From a virus (taxonomy: Duplodnaviria > Caudoviricetes): 29,414 nucleotides of DNA. The notes beneath the pieces were generated by a model that worked only from the letters and a program-made list of their open reading frames with translations, searched no databases and had not been told where the DNA came from. The stretch spans positions 1 through 29,414 of IMG/VR virus record IMGVR_UViG_3300030376_000069, one strand, 5' to 3'. A program made the position numbers and the translations under genes. Position 1 is the stretch's first letter. Every line of letters starts with the position of its first letter. Positions 17,318 through 25,706 of this stretch are shown piece after piece.

Positions 17318-17346
17318 ATTATACTACCTCTTATATGATTTGTCAA
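17318..17346 (-). promoter_or_regulatory. consensus sigma70 promoter for hsp20 and downstream genes
   Basis: Minus strand: TTGACA (17346-17341), 17 nt, TATAAT (17323-17318). Confidence 0.9.
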
Positions 17347-17355
17347 GGACTTTTT

Positions 17356-17432
17356 TGGCGCACTTGGCAGGACTTGAACCTGCAACCTACAGATTAGAAG
17401 TCTGTTGTTCTATCCAGTTGAACTACAAGTGC
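17356..17432 (-). tRNA. tRNA-Arg (anticodon UCU)
   Basis: GCACTTG acceptor stem, D-arm TAGTTCAACTGGATAGAAC, anticodon arm ACAGA-CTTCTAA-TCTGT, T-arm GCAGG-TTCAAGT-CCTGC, encoded 3' CCA. 77 nt. Confidence 0.95.
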
Positions 17433-17439
17433 TAATCTA

Positions 17440-17610
17440 CTAACCATATGCATCAAAACTTTTACCTCTTTCTGCAATTTCTTTTATAGTCCTTTTGCAG
17501 ACTGTGCAAAAAGTTTGTGTTGAATCAATCTTACAAATCTTCTGACACTTCCTGCTTTTCTCCTTTGACTCCTCAGTAGGAAACCAGTTACACTCCACAT
17601 GATCCACCAT
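17440..17610 (-). CDS. DUF1289-like small Cys-rich (Fe-S/Zn) protein; start uncertain
   Basis: CQKICKID....CTVCKRTIKEI matches the Cx3C...CxxCxRTxxEI pattern. Confidence 0.7.
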   Translation of the reverse strand: MVDHVECNWFPTEESKEKSRKCQKICKIDSTQTFCTVCKRTIKEIAERGKSFDAYG

Positions 17611-19273
17611 GTCCAGTGATGTCACAGATGTCGTGCGTCTCTAGTCCTTCTTCAAACTCCTCACCAAGCTTTTCTACAGCTTCAGAATACGGCACCGAAG
17701 AAAGAGGTTGTCCTCCCCTACATCCGTCAGGGTACACCGTGAAACCTCGCAGCCTGTGAGCGTAAGAAGCAAGAGTATCAGTAAACTCAGTAACAGTATC
17801 TTCATTGTTAAGCTTACTCCCCCACTTGGGCAGATTAATTGTGCTGCTGATAGACATATCAACATAGTCCTGTACATCTGCCTGAAACTTTATACGCCTC
17901 TTATAGTCCTCTGCAAGATCAAGGGCTGACTCAATGCTTTTTGGATCAACACCATACAGATCAATGATCTCCTGTGCTGCACTGTCCACCACGTACTGAT
18001 AGTGCCAACGATTACCACCCTTCAGATACCTGCGCTTGTAAGCCACAGCAAAGATAGGCTCTACACCTGTGGATGTTCCTGCAAGAATACCTATTGATCC
18101 AGTTGGAGCAATGGCACGATTAGCGACAGGGCGGCTACAGCCAAGAGTATTACTAAAGTCGGTGCTAACGTGATCACTAACTCCCTTATATACCGATAAC
18201 CACTTGTGAAGTCCTTCGGTAACTTCATACTTCTGTCCTCCCTTGATTAACCATTCATGCATACCCATCAGACCAAGACCAAGCCTACGGTTCTTCTCTC
18301 TGGTCTTGTATACCTTATCATAGGGTAGCTTTGCCCTGAGTGTTCCACATAGCAGAAACTTGGTAGCAAGCTCCACTACATCTGCGAACTCTTTCAGATC
18401 GTCAATGCGCCCCATATTAACAGACCCAAGATTACAAACATCAGAATCATCTTCAGATGTAACCTCCGTGCAAGCATTACGTAACGTCTCCTTTTCCTTG
18501 TCGAAAAAATTAAACGAGAAGCCCGGTTCTGCACTTCTAAGAGCCTGACGTACATTAGTCCTAAAGACATCTCCTGTATCTCCTGTTTTCCAATAGTTAA
18601 GCAACCATTCTGTATCGTAGTTCACGCTGATGTTTGTCATATCCAGCGGTGCCACAAAGTTAAAGTCTTGTTCTTTTACCTGACCAATGGAGAAACCTGT
18701 CTCACCCACTGGCATATCATACCAGTTTTTACTGGCAAGAAACTTATCTACATCAGCATGTTTCCAGTTAAGACTGGCATAGATAGCAGACCTGCGACTG
18801 CCACCCTGCATGACCCTTCGGCCAATCTCATTGATCATCTGCATCTTTGGTATAGGGCCAGAAGCAAGACCACCCGTACCATTGAGGATACGTCCTTCCT
18901 CACGGTATACAGAGTAGTCCACTCCAATACCACCGCCTGTCATAAGACAGGACTCAGACTTCCAAGAGATGTCAGCCCAATCTTCTCTACTATCCTCCTC
19001 TGCTTTGAGCAGGTAGCAGTTATTAAAAAACTTATTCTCACGCCCTGCATAATAAAGATATCGACCACCGGGAATAAACTTCAGGTCAGTGATCATACGT
19101 TTCAGTTCGTCTTTGTCATCCTTACTTAGATAGTCCTGACACACATCGTCTACCAGAGTAGATGACAGTGCATCCCATGTCTCGCACCCATGATGGGCGT
19201 ACTTGTGTTTAAAGATGTCTTCGCTAAACTTGGAGCGAAACATCGGGTTCTCATTAGATCGAAATTGTGGCAT
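17588..19273 (-). CDS. nrdJ: class II (adenosylcobalamin-dependent) ribonucleotide reductase
   Basis: FIPGGRY, NNCY, GGGIG, TNISV, EPGF, catalytic NACTE, VCNLGS, RRLGLGLMG, IAPTGS, ISSTIN and a C-terminal Cys pair. No ATP-cone and no nrdB nearby. Confidence 0.9.
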   Translation of the reverse strand: MPQFRSNENPMFRSKFSEDIFKHKYAHHGCETWDALSSTLVDDVCQDYLSKDDKDELKRMITDLKFIPGGRYLYYAGRENKFFNNCYLLKAEEDSREDWADISWKSESCLMTGGGIGVDYSVYREEGRILNGTGGLASGPIPKMQMINEIGRRVMQGGSRRSAIYASLNWKHADVDKFLASKNWYDMPVGETGFSIGQVKEQDFNFVAPLDMTNISVNYDTEWLLNYWKTGDTGDVFRTNVRQALRSAEPGFSFNFFDKEKETLRNACTEVTSEDDSDVCNLGSVNMGRIDDLKEFADVVELATKFLLCGTLRAKLPYDKVYKTREKNRRLGLGLMGMHEWLIKGGQKYEVTEGLHKWLSVYKGVSDHVSTDFSNTLGCSRPVANRAIAPTGSIGILAGTSTGVEPIFAVAYKRRYLKGGNRWHYQYVVDSAAQEIIDLYGVDPKSIESALDLAEDYKRRIKFQADVQDYVDMSISSTINLPKWGSKLNNEDTVTEFTDTLASYAHRLRGFTVYPDGCRGGQPLSSVPYSEAVEKLGEEFEEGLETHDICDITGHGGSCGV

Positions 19274-19288
19274 AGCTTTGTTCCCCTT

Positions 19289-19597
19289 CTAGTTGTCGTA
19301 TTCCATTTCCAATATGAGTTGGGCATAGTGGATCGCTTTTTCTATATCCTTTCTCCCCTCTCCCTTAGTGCGGTGTCGAGTGATGTATTTTATCACATTA
19401 CCCTCCAGATAGTCAAGCCCATTTGCATGGATATATTCTACTGGTTGTATCTTGCATCCCTTGTAGTGTTGTCCTCCTACTTGTTGTTGAAGTGCTTTCT
19501 CTTCTTTCATACGTCTAGTATAATAATCATAGTTTCTTTCATTGTTTGGGTAGTTACGTTCGTCATAAGAAGCTATTGAGCTTTCGTCTAATTTCAT
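19289..19597 (-). CDS. DUF3310 protein (T7 gp1.7-like putative nucleotide kinase); start may be ATG 19510
   Basis: QVGGQHY...IQPVEYI...EGNVIKYITR...KGEGRKDIEKAIHY. Confidence 0.85.
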   Translation of the reverse strand: MKLDESSIASYDERNYPNNERNYDYYTRRMKEEKALQQQVGGQHYKGCKIQPVEYIHANGLDYLEGNVIKYITRHRTKGEGRKDIEKAIHYAQLILEMEYDN

Positions 19598-19883
19598 TTA
19601 CGTTCTCCGATGTTACAGTTTTAACAGCAAAACTTCTCACAGCTTCAGGCTCCAGACCAGCAAGCTCACAGGTTGACTCAAAGTTTTCACAGGTTACTCC
19701 AATAGAACAGAAGACCCATGCGCTTGCCTGATCACGGTGAAGCACTGTCTCTAAACTCTCAGTAGGTTCTTTAGGTTTGGATAGGTCTAACAAAGCTTGA
19801 AGAACTATAGCTAGATGCAGTGTCTTGTCTGCATCCTTATTAGTTAGGTCGTATAGTGTACCGAAGTCAGGGATGTCATTCAT
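19563..19883 (-). CDS. conserved phage hypothetical protein
   Basis: LAIVLQALLD...ASAW...FESTCELAG pattern. Start ATG 19883 overlaps the upstream stop. Confidence 0.7.
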   Translation of the reverse strand: MNDIPDFGTLYDLTNKDADKTLHLAIVLQALLDLSKPKEPTESLETVLHRDQASAWVFCSIGVTCENFESTCELAGLEPEAVRSFAVKTVTSENVNEIRRKLNSFL

Positions 19884-20271
19884 CTTCAGGCCACTCCTGT
19901 ACTGGACGATAGTACTTACCACCTACATAGTTATTGTAATAGGCAGGTTCATCCGTTCCCTCTATCTTTGCTGTAAGAACTTTATAGATCATCTGAAAAT
20001 AACACTCATAGTATCGGAGGCTCCTCTTGTTTTTATACTCACCAATAACTTGGAAACGAAAGTTTTTCTTACCAAGTTTCTTGATATCTTCATTAAGATA
20101 TTTACTAGAGCCTGTATAGATACGCCAGTTTGATTCTACTTTCTTACCCTTACGTGTAACGTAGTATTGCTTACAACCTATGTAGGCTTTCTTAGTCTTC
20201 TTGTTTGTAATGCGATATACAAACCCAAAGCTATTCTTCGTATCAAAGTCTTTATCATATTCCCAATGCAT
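19876..20271 (-). CDS. GIY-YIG family endonuclease (Seg-like, catalytic domain only)
   Basis: GFVYRITN....KAYIGCK, YTGSS, F.FQVI and YYN motifs. Confidence 0.8.
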   Translation of the reverse strand: MHWEYDKDFDTKNSFGFVYRITNKKTKKAYIGCKQYYVTRKGKKVESNWRIYTGSSKYLNEDIKKLGKKNFRFQVIGEYKNKRSLRYYECYFQMIYKVLTAKIEGTDEPAYYNNYVGGKYYRPVQEWPEDE

Positions 20272-21131
20272 TAGAAGTTAGTTACTTCCTCAACGTCAGG
20301 CTGCTTTGCTACCTGCGTAAGATACCTCTTACCCTGCGAATACTTGAACGCACGTAGCCCTGCGCCGCCGTTAGCATCAGACCAACAGTCTCTCTTATGC
20401 TCGCAATAAACACAACCAACAGCAAGCTTACGGTTGCCAGACTTACCATCAGGTAAATCGGAGTAGCACTTATCAGGTAGAAAAGGCGCAGACACCACGT
20501 CTTTAAGATGTTTAATTCTTTCTTTAGCATTGATCATATCCATACTGTGCAGTTGAGAGAGACATACCTCACCAGTAGATTTGTTAATGGCAAGAAAGGC
20601 TGCACGATTTAGATCATTGGCTGCTGCATAGGCAGATACCTGTGCAACATAACCAAAGGGATCATCCTCTGTTAGCCTATTGTATTTAAACTTATCAAAA
20701 CCTATACCACTGGCAGACTTAACATCAACAAGGACACCATCAATAATTGAATCCTGATGTCCAACCACACCTTCAAGTGTAACTTCTTTCTGTTGATCTG
20801 TAACGTCATGTCCTGCCACTGTAGCACAGAGCAGTAGAAGCTCCTCAAGAATATACCCATAGAGAAACTTAATCCTTGTAGATGGCGGCAGTGTCTCCGG
20901 TGTTAGCTTCTTGTTAACATCGTACCAAAGCTTTCGATCTGGCTTACCAATAGCAGACAGGCGTAGGTTGCCACGATCTCTTGGCTCTTCATATAGAAAA
21001 CTTTTCAGGTGTACCTTCAACATATCACCAAAGGTATCGATATGTTTATCTACCTCTGCTTCATCCATGTCGATAGGCGTTAGATTAAACAGATCATAGA
21101 TATCTTCTACAAGAGTTTCTATTGTTTTCAT
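20271..21131 (-). CDS. PD-(D/E)XK exonuclease (Cas4/RecB-like)
   Basis: LRLSAIGKPDRKLWY, GHQD..IDG.LVDVKSAS, Q...Y and C-terminal CVYCEHKRDCW. Confidence 0.85.
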   Translation of the reverse strand: MKTIETLVEDIYDLFNLTPIDMDEAEVDKHIDTFGDMLKVHLKSFLYEEPRDRGNLRLSAIGKPDRKLWYDVNKKLTPETLPPSTRIKFLYGYILEELLLLCATVAGHDVTDQQKEVTLEGVVGHQDSIIDGVLVDVKSASGIGFDKFKYNRLTEDDPFGYVAQVSAYAAANDLNRAAFLAINKSTGEVCLSQLHSMDMINAKERIKHLKDVVSAPFLPDKCYSDLPDGKSGNRKLAVGCVYCEHKRDCWSDANGGAGLRAFKYSQGKRYLTQVAKQPDVEEVTNF

Positions 21132-21134
21132 AAT

Positions 21135-21173
21135 AAAAAAAGGGGAGAGGACAATGACAAAACCTCTCCCCCT
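21135..21173 (-). terminator. intrinsic terminator after ssb
   Basis: Minus strand: GGGGAGAGG / CCTCTCCCC stem followed by T7. Confidence 0.8.
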
Positions 21174-21188
21174 TCCTTTCTATGCTAG

Positions 21189-21653
21189 TTAAAAGGGAAC
21201 AGCTTCCGATGTAGCTTCTTGCACGTAACCACCCTCAACAGGGGTGAAGTCTTCAGTGCCATCGGTGTACTCAATAAAGTCTACGATCTGTACAGCAGCA
21301 AGATCAGAAGATACTCCTGACTTACCAGCATAGTTCCAATCAAACGGGATTGCTTTTACATTCACTACGCTACCATTAGCAATTTTCTTTCCATCCCACA
21401 GATTATTCTGTGAGTCTTTGACGATGGGTGCCTGACGCTCAGTCCCATCCTTACGCATAACCTTACGCTTAATAGTAACGAAGTCACCACGTTCGTCTCC
21501 CTTGTTAGCGATAGGAAGATTAGCAGCTTCGATGGTTGCACGGTTGTCGTCGTTAACCTCAACCTGAATGCTCCACACCGGATCGAACTTGGTGTTCGGC
21601 TCAGTGATAGAAGCATAGTGGCACTTACCAGAAATGTAAATCGGATCGTTCAT
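21189..21653 (-). CDS. ssb: single-stranded DNA-binding protein (T7 gp2.5-like)
   Basis: G..HYASITEPNTKF, IANGSVVNVK, LAAVQIVDFIEY, an acidic tail ending in Phe, and a strong AAGGAG RBS. Confidence 0.85.
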   Translation of the reverse strand: MNDPIYISGKCHYASITEPNTKFDPVWSIQVEVNDDNRATIEAANLPIANKGDERGDFVTIKRKVMRKDGTERQAPIVKDSQNNLWDGKKIANGSVVNVKAIPFDWNYAGKSGVSSDLAAVQIVDFIEYTDGTEDFTPVEGGYVQEATSEAVPF

Positions 21654-21743
21654 AAATAGTCTCCTTTAAAACGCTGCGCTATTGCAGCCATGATGGGGAT
21701 CATTCCCCGTTAGGTTGTCTACTACTAACTAAACAACGAGTGC

Positions 21744-21773
21744 ATTATAACATATCGTATATCAGGATGTCAA
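21744..21773 (-). promoter_or_regulatory. sigma70 promoter for ssb
   Basis: Minus strand: TTGACA (21773-21768), 18 nt, TATAAT (21749-21744) with an extended TGn element. Confidence 0.85.
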
Positions 21774-21776
21774 CAC

Positions 21777-23408
21777 CTAATGTGTCTCTGCCCAATTATT
21801 TCCAACCTTAAAGTCTGAATCAAGGTCACACTTAAAGTTTAGTATTTCCTGTGTCGTATATATAGCCTCCTTTGTTATCTTGGTAAAGCTTTCTATGTCT
21901 GGCTTGGCTACCTCAAACTGATACTCATCATGTACTGAAGCAACAAGCTTGGCATCAAGGCCATGCTCCCAGATCATCCTGTCCATCTCAACAAGCCAAC
22001 GCTTGCATACCACCGCACCGGCACCCTGAAGCAGAGTGTTAAGTGCAGCATGTTCGTGCCTGATATGTAACATACGACCATCAAGACCTCGTATCAAACC
22101 CTTTGAAGCAACTGTACCAATATCTTTACGTAGCTTGTTAAGGGCTGGCATATTCTTCAGGAACTTTGCAATAAGCTTCTGTCCATCAGAGGCTTTGCCT
22201 CCAACGACACTGCCAATCTTAGCAGGACCAGCACCGTACAGGAATGCATAGATGAATGTCTTGGCTTGGTCACGATTACTTAGACCTGCTGCCTTCATGT
22301 TAGCTGTATGTACATCACCTGTCAGTACCTCATTGGTAAACTTGGCATCGTCCATGTAGTGTGCAAGACATCTAAGTTCAAGACCACTGGCATCAGTACC
22401 GACTAGCTGATGCGTCTCTGGATTAGATACTGTCCAGAGTTCCCTACACTCCTTACCGAAGGGACTGTACACTGCCGGAACCTGTGCCATGTTGGGGCCG
22501 TGGTGTGCCATCCTACCTGTGATAGTCTTGAGGGTAAGCACCCTGCCATGCACCCGTTCCTGTTCACTACATGCCTGTATCCACGCCTTCAATAGGCCGG
22601 TACGCTTCTGTAGCAGGAAGTAACGAGAGAACATCTTAGCCTCTGGCATATCAATCGTGTCCAGCACTGCCTCATTGACAATGACATTGCCTTTGTCTGT
22701 TTTCTTTTTAGGCTTCCACCCTTTCTCCATAAGACGTTCAGCAATCTGCTTACGACTTGCTATATTAAAAGGTATTTCTTTTGTCTTTGTCTTTAGCTCT
22801 ACGATGGTAGGTGGAAACATATCTTGAGCCTTTTCTTCAAGAGAGTACAACTCATCCATAAGTTTAGCTTCCAGTGTCATGCCCTTCATCAGGTCAAAGG
22901 CAAAGCCGTTGCTCTGTTGTTTGTCTACGATGCTACGAACCTTTCGTTCCAGATCGTAGGATTCCTCAGAGAACTTCTTACCTTCTTCCTGTAGGTAGTC
23001 ATACGTCTCCATTGTTACAGCCGTGTCGGTGTAACAGTACTTCAACATATCTTGATTGAAGTGGGAGAAGTCATGGTAGTCACCCTTCTTATGATTGAAG
23101 AAGTTACCCCATGACTCAAGGGAATGACCACCATCACGAATAGGATTGTATAACTGAGACTTGATAAGTGTATCATCAATCTGATCTACCTTAATATCAG
23201 AACCAGTAAACTTATTAAGTAAGGGAGCGTCGAAGCTGATACCATTGTGCATGATAAAGGTATCTATTTTCTTCGACCACTCCCTAAAGTTATGGCATTC
23301 ATCTCCTATCCAGTGTCGTGCTTGTCCTGTTTCTTTGCTCCTTGCTACGATACAGTGTATCTTGGTTGCGTTAATAGCATCTGTTTCTATATCAACTACT
23401 GCTCTCAT
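21777..23408 (-). CDS. polA: family A DNA polymerase with 3'-5' exonuclease (T7 gp5-like)
   Basis: ExoI DIET, ExoII HNGISFD, HSLESWG, TGRM, motif A DASGLELR, motif B RDQAKTFIYAFLYG and motif C VHDE. Confidence 0.96.
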   Translation of the reverse strand: MRAVVDIETDAINATKIHCIVARSKETGQARHWIGDECHNFREWSKKIDTFIMHNGISFDAPLLNKFTGSDIKVDQIDDTLIKSQLYNPIRDGGHSLESWGNFFNHKKGDYHDFSHFNQDMLKYCYTDTAVTMETYDYLQEEGKKFSEESYDLERKVRSIVDKQQSNGFAFDLMKGMTLEAKLMDELYSLEEKAQDMFPPTIVELKTKTKEIPFNIASRKQIAERLMEKGWKPKKKTDKGNVIVNEAVLDTIDMPEAKMFSRYFLLQKRTGLLKAWIQACSEQERVHGRVLTLKTITGRMAHHGPNMAQVPAVYSPFGKECRELWTVSNPETHQLVGTDASGLELRCLAHYMDDAKFTNEVLTGDVHTANMKAAGLSNRDQAKTFIYAFLYGAGPAKIGSVVGGKASDGQKLIAKFLKNMPALNKLRKDIGTVASKGLIRGLDGRMLHIRHEHAALNTLLQGAGAVVCKRWLVEMDRMIWEHGLDAKLVASVHDEYQFEVAKPDIESFTKITKEAIYTTQEILNFKCDLDSDFKVGNNWAETH

Positions 23409-23877
23409 TTGTCATGTCCATCAGGTATGCATCTTCTACGGGAATGTGAAAGAATTTTTCGCCCTTTCTTATCTTGTAGTTAGAGGCTTCTTTAACCTCG
23501 CAGTCCAGCAATGTGTTACCATCTACGTGCCATGCCTTTGTGCAGTCATGGTTAAAGACCACGAAAGTAAGAAGGTCATTATAACATTCGCTCTTCCACT
23601 TGTCAAGTAGTCTCTTCTTACGGTGTGGAATACGTAACTCTTTCCAACTGTCAGGCCACTCATCACTCTTCCAAGAATATTTTACCTCCACCTCATAGAG
23701 ATGTCTTGGAAGTTCTGGACCTACAGTTGATACGATATCAAAGTAAGTTGTTTCATTGGTATCAATGTTAGTATGATCATGTTCCTTTAGCCAAGATACC
23801 ATAGCTTCTTTTGCAGCCTTGTCAGCAATATCATACAGAGTTCTGTCAAACTTTTTACGAACCTCAGTCATTGTCAT
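23392..23877 (-). CDS. hypothetical protein, probable PD-(D/E)XK-fold nuclease
   Basis: FDIV...YEVEVK.SW pattern. Tightly packed between the primase and polymerase genes. Confidence 0.6.
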   Translation of the reverse strand: MTMTEVRKKFDRTLYDIADKAAKEAMVSWLKEHDHTNIDTNETTYFDIVSTVGPELPRHLYEVEVKYSWKSDEWPDSWKELRIPHRKKRLLDKWKSECYNDLLTFVVFNHDCTKAWHVDGNTLLDCEVKEASNYKIRKGEKFFHIPVEDAYLMDMTNESSS

Positions 23878-25486
23878 TCTCCAAGAAAGGGTTATCGATC
23901 TGTGTCATACGTCCTGTACCACCATCATAGTGAAGGTGACAGGCCACACCTGTATCTCCGGTGTACCTGTTCTTCAGGATACGGATAGAGGTGGTGTTAG
24001 CTTCGATAGGGTCGTCTGCCTGTTGATTACGCTCCAGTGCAATTACTGCATCAGACAGGTGAGCAATGGAGGCAGAGCCTCGTAAGTGTGACAGAGTAAC
24101 CTCACGCCCATTCTCATGCCCGTTATCACCTGATGGCCTACGTAGGTGGCTGACCAGAAGTAGAGCAATGCCTGTCTCCTCAACAAGAGAGCGAAGCTTG
24201 GTCATCAGGATGTCGATAGACTTACGCTCATCGCCGTTGTCCTCCTGACCTGATACAAGGATAGATAGATGATCAAGGAAGACCCACTTGCAGTTAAGAG
24301 CCTTTGCCATGTACCTGACACGACCAAGAATCTCGTCGTTGTCGATGCTGCCAAAGTGATCGAACGCAAAGAACCTGCCAGAGTCAATCGTCTTGGCTTG
24401 CCAATCATCCAACTGTTCCTGCGTGTACTGTTCACGAATCTCCTTGATGTACAGCCTAGCGTTGGCCTCGACACTCATAAGGTTGAAGGCAGTCTGCTTC
24501 GTGTTCTCCTCCATAGCAAGCACACCAATATTATCCTTGGTGTTGTGCATGATATGATACATAAGCTCACGCATGATGCTGGACTTACCCATACCTGCAC
24601 CAGAGGTAAACGTCACAAGCTCTCCGGTCCTGATGCCGTAGGTCTTGTCGTTCATGCCAGACCACGGATAGGGACAAGTCTCGTTGTGCGTCTCATCGTA
24701 GAGGCTACGGCCAAGGTCAGCAAGGTTGATGATACCTGCTGGTGTATAGGTACGTGCGCTCCACCATGACTGAGTAAACTTCTCACGCTGCCCCATCTTC
24801 AGATACTCATTGGCATCCTTCAGTTCAAGGTCCATGATCTTGCACTTGTTAGGCTCAAACAGTTTGGCAACAGCCTGTGCTGCATCCTTGCCCTGCTTGT
24901 CATTGTCAAAGCAGAGGACGATGGTATCGAACTTGTTAAGATACTCCAGCGACTGCTGACAATTCTTAACGGCAGACTGTGCGCCATTCTTGATAGACAC
25001 CGAAGGCCACTTCGATCCCATCAATTCAAAGGCACTCATGGCATCAATCTCACCCTCGCAAACCGTGACAAACTTGCCCGTCTGACCAAAGATATTCTGA
25101 CCAAACAAACCACACTTGCCAAGATCACCTTCAGACCAGAACTGCTTGTCGCTGGTGCGCCGGAACTTGGAAGCAAGGTGATTGCCATCCTTGTCATGGT
25201 ACTTGTACATGTGCTTGTCTATCATAGTACCATTCTTAGTAACGGATACACCGTACTTCTTACAGGTATCTAGTGATAGCTTTCGATCAGGAATAGCTGA
25301 AAAAATAAAAGAAGATTCATTCTCGTTGTGCATTTTTACGACCTGTTTTGGTTGGGTATCCATTCTCTCTCCGTTTCTGTAGGGTTTAGATTCTTCGCAG
25401 CTAAAACATTTAGTTCCCCACTCGTAGTATGCCAGTGCATCTGACGAACCACAGTCGGGGCAGGGTTGGTGCGTTTTAAGTTCCAT
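23864..25486 (-). CDS. DNA primase-helicase (T7 gp4-like)
   Basis: Zn ribbon CPDC...CFSC, TOPRIM EGEIDAMS and FDND, Walker A GAGMGKS, LDHL, SHLRR, LRGSASIAHLSD and KNRYTG. Confidence 0.96.
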   Translation of the reverse strand: MELKTHQPCPDCGSSDALAYYEWGTKCFSCEESKPYRNGERMDTQPKQVVKMHNENESSFIFSAIPDRKLSLDTCKKYGVSVTKNGTMIDKHMYKYHDKDGNHLASKFRRTSDKQFWSEGDLGKCGLFGQNIFGQTGKFVTVCEGEIDAMSAFELMGSKWPSVSIKNGAQSAVKNCQQSLEYLNKFDTIVLCFDNDKQGKDAAQAVAKLFEPNKCKIMDLELKDANEYLKMGQREKFTQSWWSARTYTPAGIINLADLGRSLYDETHNETCPYPWSGMNDKTYGIRTGELVTFTSGAGMGKSSIMRELMYHIMHNTKDNIGVLAMEENTKQTAFNLMSVEANARLYIKEIREQYTQEQLDDWQAKTIDSGRFFAFDHFGSIDNDEILGRVRYMAKALNCKWVFLDHLSILVSGQEDNGDERKSIDILMTKLRSLVEETGIALLLVSHLRRPSGDNGHENGREVTLSHLRGSASIAHLSDAVIALERNQQADDPIEANTTSIRILKNRYTGDTGVACHLHYDGGTGRMTQIDNPFLENDND

Positions 25487-25513
25487 AGATATCTCCAGTG
25501 GATTAAGATAAGT

Positions 25514-25702
25514 TTACCATTTTCCTTTGCTCATGTCCATAAGTTCTTTACATAGTTCCTGTCGGTGTGCAGATATATCCTTTTCTATTGATACCAGTGT
25601 CTCTATCTTATCAACCATTTCCATACTACGCCACGGTGCTTTGAAGCAGGTCTGAACATGGCCTCTGTCTTTTGGTTTGTATATCTCTACGAGAACATCC
25701 AT
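25514..25702 (-). CDS. hypothetical protein (62 aa)
   Basis: AAGGA RBS before ATG 25702. The track's longer version overlaps a better-supported upstream ORF. Confidence 0.6.
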   Translation of the reverse strand: MDVLVEIYKPKDRGHVQTCFKAPWRSMEMVDKIETLVSIEKDISAHRQELCKELMDMSKGKW

Positions 25703-25706
25703 CGCT

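Noticed and set aside
17356-17432. tRNA as attachment site / prophage boundary
   Set aside because: No integrase, no duplicated tRNA 3' end, and phage genes continue on both sides.
20271-21131. Cas4-like nuclease as sign of a CRISPR system
   Set aside because: No repeat-spacer array or other cas genes were seen. Stand-alone Cas4-like exonucleases are common in phage replication modules.
17588-23408. Intron or intein in RNR or polymerase associated with the GIY-YIG gene
   Set aside because: Both ORFs are uninterrupted and compact. The GIY-YIG gene is free-standing and translationally coupled to its neighbours.
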